Assembly: GCA_016177025.1 (NCBI GenBank)
Contig: JACOWB010000008.1
Location: 14,076-78,075 of the forward strand
From: Candidatus Aenigmatarchaeota archaeon
Lineage (GTDB): Archaea > Aenigmatarchaeota > Aenigmatarchaeia > CG10238-14 > SCSR01
Direction of reading: 5' to 3'
DNA: 64,000 nt
Shown here: piece by piece, positions 19,153 to 28,640 of the stretch
Position numbering within the stretch: the first letter of the stretch is position 1
Layout of the letters: every line of letters begins with the position of its first letter
Program-made: the position numbers and the translations under genes
Notes under the pieces: model-generated
The model's input: the letters and a program-made list of their open reading frames with translations, nothing else
Told to the model about the DNA's origin: nothing
Databases searched by the model: none

Positions 19153-19236
19153 ATGACTAAGTTTGTTTGTTCATCTTGTGGAAACACGTCGAGTAAGCAG
19201 GCGAGCTGTTGTGGAACTTCCATGAAAAGGCAGTGA
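19153..19236 (+). CDS. 27-aa Cys-rich microprotein (desulforedoxin-like CxxCG...CCGxxM)
   Basis: MTKFVCSSCGNTSSKQASCCGTSMKRQ*, GGTGA RBS upstream; not in the ORF track. Confidence 0.65.
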   Translation: MTKFVCSSCGNTSSKQASCCGTSMKRQ

Positions 19237-19296
19237 ATTTTGCGATGAGCCTGCTCTTCCCACGCTTTTTTATTCTTTTAAATCCAATTACTGAAC

Positions 19297-19368
19297 ATGA
19301 AATCTAAAATGAAAACGACTAAGCAGAAGGAATCCTCTTGCATGTGTGGGGCTAATTGCTGTAGCTAA
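19297..19368 (+). CDS. 23-aa Cys-rich micropeptide (metallothionein-like tail)
   Basis: MKSKMKTTKQKESSCMCGANCCS*, ttttaaa ~20 nt upstream. Confidence 0.4.
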   Translation: MKSKMKTTKQKESSCMCGANCCS

Positions 19369-19369
19369 C

Positions 19370-20848
19370 CTAGTCTATATCTATTTGCGCGCGTTGAAGC
19401 TTCCCAGAATAATCAACAAAAACTGTTTTTTCATCAGAATAGAAATCCAACGCTGACCAACCCATTTCTTTCCAACCCGAACCAGATACTTTAGTTCCAC
19501 CGAAAGGCAGATGAACTTCCGCTCCTATTGTCGATGTGTTGATATAAGTAATGCCGTATTCGAGATTCTTAATCGCTAACATCATTCTTCTGATGTCGTT
19601 TGTATATATCGATGAACTTAAGCCGTATTCAACCGCATTGGCCAAGTCAATAGCATGGTCTAAGCTATTAGCTTCTGATATTGCTGTTACAGGACCGAAT
19701 ATTTCATCTTGGAAGATTTTCATGTCTTTTGATGTGTCAGTGAATACCGTGGGTTGAACGAACCAACCTTTTAATTTTGGTATTTTGCCACCACAACAGA
19801 GTTTTGCTCCTTCCTGTTTTCCTATCTCCAGGTATTTAGCAACCTTATCTTGCGCTGCTTTATTCACCAGAGGGCCGATGTCAGTCTTCAAATCTAGTCC
19901 GCTACCCAATCTCAATTTATTTGTCCTTTCTACCAGCATCCTCTCGAATTTTTGTTTTATTTTCTTGTGAACAATAACTCTGCTTGCTGCTGTACATCTC
20001 TGACCGCTAGTGCCGAAGGCTCCCCAGATAACTCCGTCCAATGCCAACTTCAAATCAGCATCATCCATTACAATTATCGGGTTCTTACTCCCCATTTCCA
20101 TTCCCAATTTCTTGCCCACTCCAACATTTTTCATAATCACATCGCCTGTATCCTTGTGCCCAGTAAAAGACACCGCTCTCACTTTTTTGTGTTTAACAAG
20201 CCTAGTACCGACACTTCCACCAGAACCAGTAACAAGATTGACAACGCCTTTCGGTACTCCAGCTTTTTCCAATATTTCTATCAATTTGACTGCACATATG
20301 GGTGTGTCGCTTGACGGCTTTAGGACAACTGTATTTCCGCAAATTAGTGCCATAGATAATTTCCAAGAAGGAATTGCAATTGGAAAGTTCCATGGTGTAA
20401 TGCAAGAAACAACTCCTAACGGCAACCTAACAGTCATGGCAAATTTGTCCCGCAATTCGCTTGTGGTCGTTCTACCGAATAATCTCCTGCCTTCACCTGC
20501 TGCTAATATCCACGCATCTATCGCCTCTTGAACATCACCTCTAGCTTCTGTAAGAACTTTACCCATTTCTCGGGTCATTATTCGTGCTAATTCTTCTTTA
20601 TTTTCTTTCAGTAATTGTGCTACTCGGAAAAGAATTTCTCCTCTTTTCGGCGGGGGAACATCCCTCCATTTCTCAAAAGCGATTTCAGCTGCATCCACAG
20701 CCTTGTCGACATCTTTCTCATTTCCTTGCTGAAATCTACCAAGAGGCTCATTGTAATTGGCAGGATTAACACGGGAATAAGTTTCTCTAGACTCACTCGA
20801 AATCCATCTACCATCTATATACAATTTATATATTGCACTCTTAGGCAT
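19370..20848 (-). CDS. NAD(P)-dependent aldehyde dehydrogenase
   Basis: ITPWNFP, FTG, EMGSKNP, GQRCTA catalytic Cys, EIFGP, PFGG. Confidence 0.95.
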   Translation of the reverse strand: MPKSAIYKLYIDGRWISSESRETYSRVNPANYNEPLGRFQQGNEKDVDKAVDAAEIAFEKWRDVPPPKRGEILFRVAQLLKENKEELARIMTREMGKVLTEARGDVQEAIDAWILAAGEGRRLFGRTTTSELRDKFAMTVRLPLGVVSCITPWNFPIAIPSWKLSMALICGNTVVLKPSSDTPICAVKLIEILEKAGVPKGVVNLVTGSGGSVGTRLVKHKKVRAVSFTGHKDTGDVIMKNVGVGKKLGMEMGSKNPIIVMDDADLKLALDGVIWGAFGTSGQRCTAASRVIVHKKIKQKFERMLVERTNKLRLGSGLDLKTDIGPLVNKAAQDKVAKYLEIGKQEGAKLCCGGKIPKLKGWFVQPTVFTDTSKDMKIFQDEIFGPVTAISEANSLDHAIDLANAVEYGLSSSIYTNDIRRMMLAIKNLEYGITYINTSTIGAEVHLPFGGTKVSGSGWKEMGWSALDFYSDEKTVFVDYSGKLQRAQIDID

Positions 20849-20866
20849 TAATTGTAATTAGATTCC

Positions 20867-21262
20867 TTATAAGAAAAGTTTTGTAAATCCTAATTCGAGT
20901 AACGATTCTGGTATAAATCTGTAACAAAAGCCTTGATGCGAACTAGGCGTCCTTTCAACAATTCCTCTTTCAAATAGGCAAGCCACTCTTCCATAAGGAG
21001 TCCAAGATGTTCTGCTAGAATAAAACTCTGGATTCGTCTCTTCTTCCTTTTTTCTCTTCTCAATTAAAAGTTCTTCTGCATCTTTTGCTTTAAACGGTCT
21101 GCTGCCAAAACGATCAACAAGAATTCCTATAAACTCTGGCAGATCTGGAGAGTATTTGGAACGCCTAGGATCAGGTAATCCTATATACCCCATTCGATAC
21201 CATTGTGTAAGTCCGTCTATTTCTTGTTCATAACTCCCTACAACTGCATTGCCTTCTGTCAT
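20867..21262 (-). CDS. Hypothetical protein (possible winged helix)
   Basis: 131-aa ORF with TATA-like element upstream; LFERGIVER..CYRF wing-like end. Confidence 0.55.
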   Translation of the reverse strand: MTEGNAVVGSYEQEIDGLTQWYRMGYIGLPDPRRSKYSPDLPEFIGILVDRFGSRPFKAKDAEELLIEKRKKEEETNPEFYSSRTSWTPYGRVACLFERGIVERTPSSHQGFCYRFIPESLLELGFTKLFL

Positions 21263-21312
21263 GCTATAGAATATATACTACGATTATTTAAGATTACTGT
21301 CTGTGGAAGATG

Positions 21313-21570
21313 CTATCTTTTCTTCAAATACTTCTTCTTGACGTATGCTGCAAAGCTTGCCGCAGCTCTTTTATTTTTCCTTCTTAAAGTTGTTATTACA
21401 AGTTTTGAAAGCCTCTCTGCTCTTACTGTCCCTTCTCCTACTTTCTTTGCGACTTCTTCTGCAACCATCATCGCTGACTTGGCGCTAGCACCTGCCTTTT
21501 TGCATGCTTTCACTATTTTGTTTTTGTTAAAAGTTTGTAGTGTCCCGTTCCTTTTTCTTACTTTTGCCAT
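21313..21570 (-). CDS. Stand-alone ATP-cone domain protein
   Basis: VRKRNGTLQTFNKNKI, A..F..Y ending; last gene of the arc operon. Confidence 0.8.
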   Translation of the reverse strand: MAKVRKRNGTLQTFNKNKIVKACKKAGASAKSAMMVAEEVAKKVGEGTVRAERLSKLVITTLRRKNKRAAASFAAYVKKKYLKKR

Positions 21571-21584
21571 AAAACTAATTGGTT

Positions 21585-22451
21585 TTACTTAATTAAAAGT
21601 TTGAGAATTGCCTTCTCTGTGTGGAGCCTATTCTCGGCTTGGTTCCAGACTACTGAGTGCTTACCGTCTATAACATTATCTGTGATCTCTACATTGCGGT
21701 GGGCAGGGAGCGGGTGAAGAACAATAGCATCCTTCTTGGCTAACTTAACCAAATCCGAATTTAATTGATACTTTCGCAAATCTCTCAATCTTTTAGCCTG
21801 CTCTGCTTCTTCGCCCATGCTAACGAATGTGTCTGTGTATAGGACATCAGCATCTTTAACAGCTTTCTTCGGATCTTCAATAATTCTATATTTCCCCTTT
21901 ATTTTCGGTCTGTATTTTTTGGGGCATGAAGCAATAGTTCTTACTCCAAAAATTTGACACAGCATTATAAGAGAATGGAACGTGTTATTTGCACCGTCAC
22001 CTAGAAAAACTATTTTCAAACCTTTCAACCTTTTCTTTTTCTGTTTGATCGTATACAAATCAGCTATAGCTTGGCATGGATGCTCCAAATCTGACAGGGC
22101 ATTGATAACTGGCTCTTTGGACACTTTAGCTATTCTTACTAAATCATTTTGAGAAAATACACGCGCGATAATGGCATCCCCGTAACCTTCCAGTACTCTG
22201 GCAGTATCTTCGATCGTCTCCCCTCTTCCTAGCTGGAGTTCATTCCAATTCAGAACTATCGCATTTCCCCCCATCTGATTGATGGCAACCGTAAAGGAGA
22301 CCCTCGTCCGAGTTGAAGCTTTTTGGAAAATTAAAACGATGTTTTTCCCTTTCAAATAGCTTGTCTGTTTGTTTTTCAACTTGTCAGTTAGCTTGAATAT
22401 TTTTTCGACATCCGACTTCGATAAATCGTTAACTGAAAGTAAATCTCTCAT
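21585..22451 (-). CDS. arcB: Ornithine carbamoyltransferase
   Basis: STRTR, HPCQ, DTFVSMG, HPLP, QAENRLH. Confidence 0.95.
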   Translation of the reverse strand: MRDLLSVNDLSKSDVEKIFKLTDKLKNKQTSYLKGKNIVLIFQKASTRTRVSFTVAINQMGGNAIVLNWNELQLGRGETIEDTARVLEGYGDAIIARVFSQNDLVRIAKVSKEPVINALSDLEHPCQAIADLYTIKQKKKRLKGLKIVFLGDGANNTFHSLIMLCQIFGVRTIASCPKKYRPKIKGKYRIIEDPKKAVKDADVLYTDTFVSMGEEAEQAKRLRDLRKYQLNSDLVKLAKKDAIVLHPLPAHRNVEITDNVIDGKHSVVWNQAENRLHTEKAILKLLIK

Positions 22452-23335
22452 TCAATCACAGTTCCTGTTTTTCCCTTTAAAGCTAAATTCAATTTTTCTG
22501 GTGAAGTAATCAAAACTCGCTTACCGCCTCTCTTTAGGAATTCCACGCTAGCTTCAATTTTGGGTTTCATAGAACCTTCACCAAACTGATTCTCTTTAAG
22601 ATAATTTATCGCTTCTTTTACAGTTAATCTTCTAAGCGGTTTTTTATTTGGTTTTCCATAATTACAGTACACATAATCTACATCTGTCAAGAAAATGACA
22701 GTTTCTGCTTTCAATTGCGATGCCAGTTTCTGCGTGGCATAATCTTTATCAATAACAGCTTCCACCCCAACGAATCGATTGTTTTTTTCAATTACCGGTA
22801 CCCCGCCGCCACCGCAAGCTATAACAACAAAATTTCTTCTAACCAAGCTTTCAATTTCTTTTATATCAATTATTTTCACTGGCTTTGGTGAAGGCACCAC
22901 TCTTCTCCAGCCTTCAGGCTCTTTAATCATGCCCTTAAAAGTTTTTCTTTTATAATACGGACCGATTGGTTTTGTAGGATGGCTGAATGCACTGTCGCTC
23001 TTCTTGACCAAAACTCTGGTTACTACTGTGACTGCATTCTTTTTTAGAATGTTTTCTACAGATTGCTGTATCCAATAGCCTAGTTCGCCTTGTGTCATCG
23101 CATCTAAAGTGTCCAATGACATTTGTGGTAGAATCCTTTTGGTTTTTTCTTGTTGAATTAACAGGGCGCCTGCCTGAGGTGCGTTTCCGTGGGTTAAAAC
23201 CAATGAAAATTTTCTTATTAAAGGTTTGAGATATGAAACGGTCTTATCTATTCTTACAATCTGACTTTTTGCTGTACCTCTTTCTTTCGGACGAATTAGA
23301 GAATTACCACCCAAAGCAACAGCAGCTAGTCTCAT
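22448..23335 (-). CDS. arcC: Carbamate kinase
   Basis: VALGGN, THGNAPQ, PTKPIGP, RRVVPSP, GGGGVPV, EAVIDKD, GSMKPK. Confidence 0.95.
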   Translation of the reverse strand: MRLAAVALGGNSLIRPKERGTAKSQIVRIDKTVSYLKPLIRKFSLVLTHGNAPQAGALLIQQEKTKRILPQMSLDTLDAMTQGELGYWIQQSVENILKKNAVTVVTRVLVKKSDSAFSHPTKPIGPYYKRKTFKGMIKEPEGWRRVVPSPKPVKIIDIKEIESLVRRNFVVIACGGGGVPVIEKNNRFVGVEAVIDKDYATQKLASQLKAETVIFLTDVDYVYCNYGKPNKKPLRRLTVKEAINYLKENQFGEGSMKPKIEASVEFLKRGGKRVLITSPEKLNLALKGKTGTVIE

Positions 23336-24636
23336 AATTTAATAACCTTCTCTAAATTCAATTTTCCAACTTCTTCCAATTCGTAACCAACTTGAACTAT
23401 TGGTTTGTTTATTTTCATGATTCTAGGCAACGTGACTGGAGTCGCGTCAATAACGGCATCACATTTTGCAGAATTAATTGTACGTTCCAATTCCTTGGTT
23501 TGCTTTTTACTATAACCCATAGCAGGCAATTCTTTTGTGAGATGTGAATACTTTTTGTAAATTTCCTTTATGGAACCTACAGCATATTTTCGCGCATCAA
23601 CAATCTTGGATCTATATTTAGCTGCAACTACAGTTCCAGCACCATAAGGCATTCCACCATGCGTCAAAGTAGGACCGTCTTCAACTACCAGAACTTTCTT
23701 TCCTTTGATTAATTCTGGTTTATCGACTGTCACTATAGATTTAGCTAGAATTATTTTCGCCTTTGTGTTAACAGATTTTGTATTTCTTATGACTTGTTGT
23801 ATGTCAGATTTTTTAGCAGAATCAATCTTATTCACGATAACAACATCCGCCATTCGAAGATTCGTTTCACCAGGATGATAAGTCAGTTCGTGACCTGCAC
23901 GGTGTGGGTCAACAACTACGATATACAAATCAGACTTTAGAAAACTTATGTCATTATTTCCACCGTCCCACAGTATGATATCAGCTTCTTTCTCCGCTCT
24001 TCTCAAAATTTTTTCATAATCAACACCTGCATACACAACAATTCCATTATTGATATGAGGTTCGTACTCCTCTCTTTCCTCGATTGTCACATTATACCAG
24101 TCCAAATCTTCGTAAGTAGCAAATCTCTGAACGATTTGTTTTTTCAAGTCACCATAAGGCATTGGATGTCGAATGACAACAACTTTTTTACCCTGTTCCT
24201 TAAGAATTTTTGCTATTTTTCTCGTTACTTGGCTTTTCCCAGAGCCCGTTCTTACAGCTGTCACGGAAATCACTGGTTTAGAAGATTTTAACATTGTCGA
24301 ATTAGGACCAAGTAAAACAAAATCAGCACCATTTGCCAGAGAAACAGAAGCTTTGTGCATTACATATTCATGAGGTGCATCTGAATAGGCAAAAACAACT
24401 TGGTCAACTTTGAATTTCTTAATCAACTCGGGTAATTGTTTTTCAGTATATATAGAAATGCCTTTAGGATATAAACTCCCAGCTAATTCTTTCGGATACA
24501 ATCTTCCGGATATACCAGGTATTTGTGTGGCTGTAAATGCAACAACTTCGTAATTGGGCTTATCGCGGTATACTGTATTGAAATTATGAAAATCTCTTCC
24601 CGCCGCTCCCATTATAAGAATTCTTTTCGGTTTCAT
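23332..24636 (-). CDS. arcE: cDPG-synthetase-like P-loop enzyme (COG2403), probable arginine synthetase
   Basis: MGAAGRDFHNFN, RTGSGKSQ, RHPMPYG, TIEEREEYEPH, WDGGNND, EDGPTLTHG; overlaps arcC and is co-oriented with arcB. Confidence 0.8.
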   Translation of the reverse strand: MKPKRILIMGAAGRDFHNFNTVYRDKPNYEVVAFTATQIPGISGRLYPKELAGSLYPKGISIYTEKQLPELIKKFKVDQVVFAYSDAPHEYVMHKASVSLANGADFVLLGPNSTMLKSSKPVISVTAVRTGSGKSQVTRKIAKILKEQGKKVVVIRHPMPYGDLKKQIVQRFATYEDLDWYNVTIEEREEYEPHINNGIVVYAGVDYEKILRRAEKEADIILWDGGNNDISFLKSDLYIVVVDPHRAGHELTYHPGETNLRMADVVIVNKIDSAKKSDIQQVIRNTKSVNTKAKIILAKSIVTVDKPELIKGKKVLVVEDGPTLTHGGMPYGAGTVVAAKYRSKIVDARKYAVGSIKEIYKKYSHLTKELPAMGYSKKQTKELERTINSAKCDAVIDATPVTLPRIMKINKPIVQVGYELEEVGKLNLEKVIKL

Positions 24637-24670
24637 CTACATTTAATTGGTAGTTTAGACAAAATTATAT

Positions 24671-25255
24671 ATGGTATTGGACGTATCCGCTATCATACAG
24701 TCTGCACTTCTTCTTTTCATCGTGATGGACCCTTTGGGCAATGTCCCAATTTTCTACAGCGTAACAAAAGATATCAAGGAAAATAAAAAATCTAAGACAA
24801 TTCAGAATGCTGTCATAACAGCTTTTATAGTATTGACAGTTTTTGCCCTTGCTGGAATTAAAATTCTAGATTATTTCAAAGTTTCATTCGAGAGTTTCCT
24901 GATTGCAGGTGGTGCTCTATTGTTTTTCATTGGATTTCAAATGGTTGTTGGAAAGATAAAAACTCAGTTTGACAAATCGGGAAACTTTGGTGTTGTGCCT
25001 TTAGGAGTTCCTTTGATTGCTGGACCAGGTGCCATAACTATGATAATAATCATTTCCCAGACGCAGGGTATGCTGGCAGCATTTATCGCTATTCTGATAT
25101 CGATGATATTAATGGAGCTTGTGTTGGCTTACTGCAACAAGATAGTGAAAACTATCGGGACAAAAAGTTCTGAAACATTGACTAGAATAATGGGAATCAT
25201 CTTGGCTGTAATCGCAGTTCAATTAATTCTGGATGGTTTGCAGATTTTATTCTAG
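24671..25255 (+). CDS. MarC-family membrane protein
   Basis: MDPLGNVP, IAGG.LL, VPLGVPLIAGPGAI, RIMG. Confidence 0.9.
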   Translation: MVLDVSAIIQSALLLFIVMDPLGNVPIFYSVTKDIKENKKSKTIQNAVITAFIVLTVFALAGIKILDYFKVSFESFLIAGGALLFFIGFQMVVGKIKTQFDKSGNFGVVPLGVPLIAGPGAITMIIIISQTQGMLAAFIAILISMILMELVLAYCNKIVKTIGTKSSETLTRIMGIILAVIAVQLILDGLQILF

Positions 25256-26268
25256 ACTAGACAAACCAAAGGCGGCTTCTTCAGCAAGATTTCTAATATC
25301 TTTATTGTATTCCTAATGTCGTTCGTATTTGCTACGCCAACAGCAGTATGAATGTTTCTTACTGGCACAGAGACTGTAGTAGCCGGTATTCCGCCACGAG
25401 AAAGTGAGATTGTTAAAGCGTCGGTTGCTCCGTATTCGCTGACGTCGTATTGGACAGGAATGTCGTGCTTTTTCCCTATGTCTTTCAGCCAACCGTTTAT
25501 GCACTTGTTTCCAATCATAAGAGCGTCTTTTATAGTCAGGCACGGCCCTCCGCCTAAGGAACGCGTGGGGGTTGAATAGACGTCGTCGGTTGTGGTTGTG
25601 TCGACTGCAATTGCCCATGCCGGATCAATGGTGTATGCCGATGTCCTTGCGCCCGATAAACCGATTTCCTCTTGGACAGTGAAAACATAGAATAGTTCAT
25701 TCTTGTTGTCCTTCAGGGATTTTGCCAATTCTATTAGGATGTAACATCCCAGCCGATTGTCTAGGGCCTTTCCACAAATAAAATCTCCGTCTCCTACGAA
25801 ACAGCAATTTGAATCATAGAAATGGACGTAACTTCCCGTCTCAACACCCAGTTTTGTCAGTTCCTCTTTCTTCAGCCCTGTGTCTATAAACAAATCTGTT
25901 ACTTTCGGTAGTTCTTTTATAGTATCTCCAGAAGACATTTGGTCTGCGGTTATTACACCTATTATCGGATTCTTAGTCTGTATAGCGACCTTCTGTCCTA
26001 TTAGTGCGGAGACTTCGATGCCGCCTATAGTTGAAAAAATTATTTTCCCTTTAGGATTTATTCTTTTCACCATCAGGCCTATCTCATCCATGTGAGCTGC
26101 TAACATCACTCTCGGAACTTTTCCTTTTTTATGACCAATCAAGTTCCCGAATTTATCGGTGTATACTTCATCGACATATTTTTTAATTTCATTCTCAATA
26201 AGGTCCCTTATTTCCCCCTCATCGCCGCTGACACCGTAGGAATTAATCAGTTTTTGAAGAAGCTCCAT
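25252..26268 (-). CDS. M42-family (TET) aminopeptidase
   Basis: GVSGDE, AHMDEIG, KALDNRLG, QEEIG, NIHT. Confidence 0.9.
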   Translation of the reverse strand: MELLQKLINSYGVSGDEGEIRDLIENEIKKYVDEVYTDKFGNLIGHKKGKVPRVMLAAHMDEIGLMVKRINPKGKIIFSTIGGIEVSALIGQKVAIQTKNPIIGVITADQMSSGDTIKELPKVTDLFIDTGLKKEELTKLGVETGSYVHFYDSNCCFVGDGDFICGKALDNRLGCYILIELAKSLKDNKNELFYVFTVQEEIGLSGARTSAYTIDPAWAIAVDTTTTDDVYSTPTRSLGGGPCLTIKDALMIGNKCINGWLKDIGKKHDIPVQYDVSEYGATDALTISLSRGGIPATTVSVPVRNIHTAVGVANTNDIRNTIKILEILLKKPPLVCLV

Positions 26269-26312
26269 ATGCTCACTAGTAATTATTTGTTAACTGGTAA
26301 TTAAATTATATT

Positions 26313-27623
26313 ATGGGACCAAAGTTCATTTGCAGAAAGCCAGGCCCTAAATCTGTTGAGATTCTTGAGAGGGACAGGAAAGTCATTTCGCCTTCCCTGA
26401 CTAGGGAGTATTCGTTTGTTTTCAAGAAGGCTAAAGGTTGTCATGTCTGGGATGTTGACGGGAGGAAATACCTAGATTTCTCTGCGGGTGTGGCGGTAAT
26501 GAATATAGGCCACACAAATCCAGTGATTGAAAAGGCTATCCATCAGCAGGCAAAGAATGCTATTCATGCTGGGTTTTCTGATTTTTATGCCGAACTGCCT
26601 GTGAAATTTGTCGAATATCTTTTGACATTTTTGCCTAAACATTTGAACAAAGCATTCCTCTCAAATTCAGGAACAGAATCTGTAGAAGCTGCATACAAAC
26701 TTGCTAGATGGCATACGAATAAAAAATGGGTTATTGCTTTCAAACCATCATTTCATGGAAGAACCATGGCGAGTTTGTCTTTAACAAACGCGAAACCTGT
26801 ACAAAAAGAGAGATTTTATCCTTTTCTGCCTGTTAAGCACGCTTTGTATCCTTATTGTTACCGTTGCCCTTTCAAAAACAAAGAACATGATGCTTGCACG
26901 AATTTGTATCTAGATGTCCTGGAGCAAAAAATATCTGAATGCGATAAGGATTTGGCTGCTATATTTTTAGAACCGATAGCTGGCGAAGGTGGATATATTG
27001 TCCCGCCGAAAGATTTTGTTCAAGGTGTGAAAGAATTATGCGACAAGTATGATATATTATTATGTGATGATGAAGTACAGTCTGGATGTTATAGAACAGG
27101 GGAATTTCTTGCGATAGAAAATTTTGACGTAAAGCCTGACATTGTCTCACTCAGCAAAGCTATAGGCGGCGGTATTCCTTTGGGCGCTACTGTCGCTAAT
27201 GAGAAGATAATGGATTGGTTGCCTGGAAGCCATGCAAACACATTTGGCGGAAATCTTTTGGCTTGTTCTGCAGGAATATCCACATTGAAATTTATGCGGG
27301 AGAAGAAGCTGGGACAAAACGCGACAAAGATTGGAAATTACATGATGAGGAGATTGTATGAAATGAAAGAGCGATATGAGCTTATCGGTGATGTTAGAGG
27401 AATAGGATTAATGATTGGTGTTGAGATTGTGAAGGATAAAAAAACGAAAGAATATGGAGTGAAAGAAAGGACAGATATTTTGTGCAAAGCTAGTGAGAAA
27501 GGATTGCTGCTGTTACCTGCTGGTATAAGCTCGATAAGAATCTGCCCGCCGTTAATTCTAACTAAAAAACAAGCCGATTTGGGTCTGGATATATTTGAGG
27601 ATTCTGTAAAGGAAATTTGTTAA
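26313..27623 (+). CDS. Class III PLP aminotransferase (ornithine/4-aminobutyrate type)
   Basis: SGTESVE, FHGRT, EPIAGEGG, DDEVQSG, SKAIGGG. Confidence 0.9.
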   Translation: MGPKFICRKPGPKSVEILERDRKVISPSLTREYSFVFKKAKGCHVWDVDGRKYLDFSAGVAVMNIGHTNPVIEKAIHQQAKNAIHAGFSDFYAELPVKFVEYLLTFLPKHLNKAFLSNSGTESVEAAYKLARWHTNKKWVIAFKPSFHGRTMASLSLTNAKPVQKERFYPFLPVKHALYPYCYRCPFKNKEHDACTNLYLDVLEQKISECDKDLAAIFLEPIAGEGGYIVPPKDFVQGVKELCDKYDILLCDDEVQSGCYRTGEFLAIENFDVKPDIVSLSKAIGGGIPLGATVANEKIMDWLPGSHANTFGGNLLACSAGISTLKFMREKKLGQNATKIGNYMMRRLYEMKERYELIGDVRGIGLMIGVEIVKDKKTKEYGVKERTDILCKASEKGLLLLPAGISSIRICPPLILTKKQADLGLDIFEDSVKEIC

Positions 27624-27625
27624 TT

Positions 27626-28621
27626 ATGGCAAAAGGAATTTCAACTGTTATCGCATCTATCTTAATGTTAATGATTGTTGTTGCTTTAGGAGGGACATCT
27701 TATCTCTATATATCAGGAACATTTGCAAGCAAGACTTCCACCGCATTTTCTACACTTGATTCAATTGGTAGTAAGGTTACGATTAGAAATGATGGTACTG
27801 GACAGATAAATGAAATTACAGCTACATTAGACGGACAATCTGTAAATTTGAAAATTATACCAAGTGTTGTTCAAGGAGGACAAGTTGCAGAAGTTATACC
27901 GTTGACATCCCAGACATTATCTGCAGGCACACATATTTTGCGATTGTGCGCATCAAACATGTGCAATACAGCATATCTGACTATTCTAAGTGCTGGAACT
28001 GGCAAAAGTTGTCTCGAGATTTTGAACAATGGGGGTTCTGTAGGTGATGGTTTATACACTATAAATCCTGACGGCTCTTCTAACATTCAGGCTTATTGTG
28101 ACATGTCTACCGATGAGGGAGGATGGACTTTGGTTGTAAGGGCTTTGGCAGGAAGCCAAGTCCATAATACTGGGGGCGGTCTCGGCACTTTGTCAAGCCC
28201 TACACAAGGCACAGTTGCTAAATTGAGCAATGCTATGATAATCAATATTGGAAAATCTGTTAATCCTGTTTATGAAACTAGAGTTTTATTTGATTCATTT
28301 GCTGATAGATATTATCATCAATGGAACAACGGCTATGCTGCTGATTTCAACAACTTTAAACCTGTTCTTGGGGATCCAGCCGAACAGACACGAAAGAATA
28401 GCTATGTCGGGTCATGGATCAACGAAGCGGTGGCTTATTCAAGTGGCTGCAGTGGTGGGTATGCGCCGTTTTCAGCAAACGGACAGTGCAGTACTATTTG
28501 GGCATATATCGGATGCTCCCCTGGATTCGGCCACTCGGGATTCGGAATATCTGCGAGCTGTGCAGTGTCATACCCCCCAGAGAGTTTATACCATAGATTC
28601 GGAACTATGTGGGTGAGGTAG
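27626..28621 (+). CDS. Archaeal type IV pilin-like protein with C-terminal fibrinogen-like domain
   Basis: Class III signal KG/ISTVIA, SC.EI...DGLYTINPDG...YCDMSTDEGGWTLV. Confidence 0.8.
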   Translation: MAKGISTVIASILMLMIVVALGGTSYLYISGTFASKTSTAFSTLDSIGSKVTIRNDGTGQINEITATLDGQSVNLKIIPSVVQGGQVAEVIPLTSQTLSAGTHILRLCASNMCNTAYLTILSAGTGKSCLEILNNGGSVGDGLYTINPDGSSNIQAYCDMSTDEGGWTLVVRALAGSQVHNTGGGLGTLSSPTQGTVAKLSNAMIINIGKSVNPVYETRVLFDSFADRYYHQWNNGYAADFNNFKPVLGDPAEQTRKNSYVGSWINEAVAYSSGCSGGYAPFSANGQCSTIWAYIGCSPGFGHSGFGISASCAVSYPPESLYHRFGTMWVR

Positions 28622-28640
28622 ATTATTGTTAACGTTCTCT

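Noticed and set aside
23332-24636. Annotation as cyclic 2,3-diphosphoglycerate synthetase
   Set aside because: No 2-phosphoglycerate kinase is nearby, and the overlap with arcC/arcB favours ArcE.
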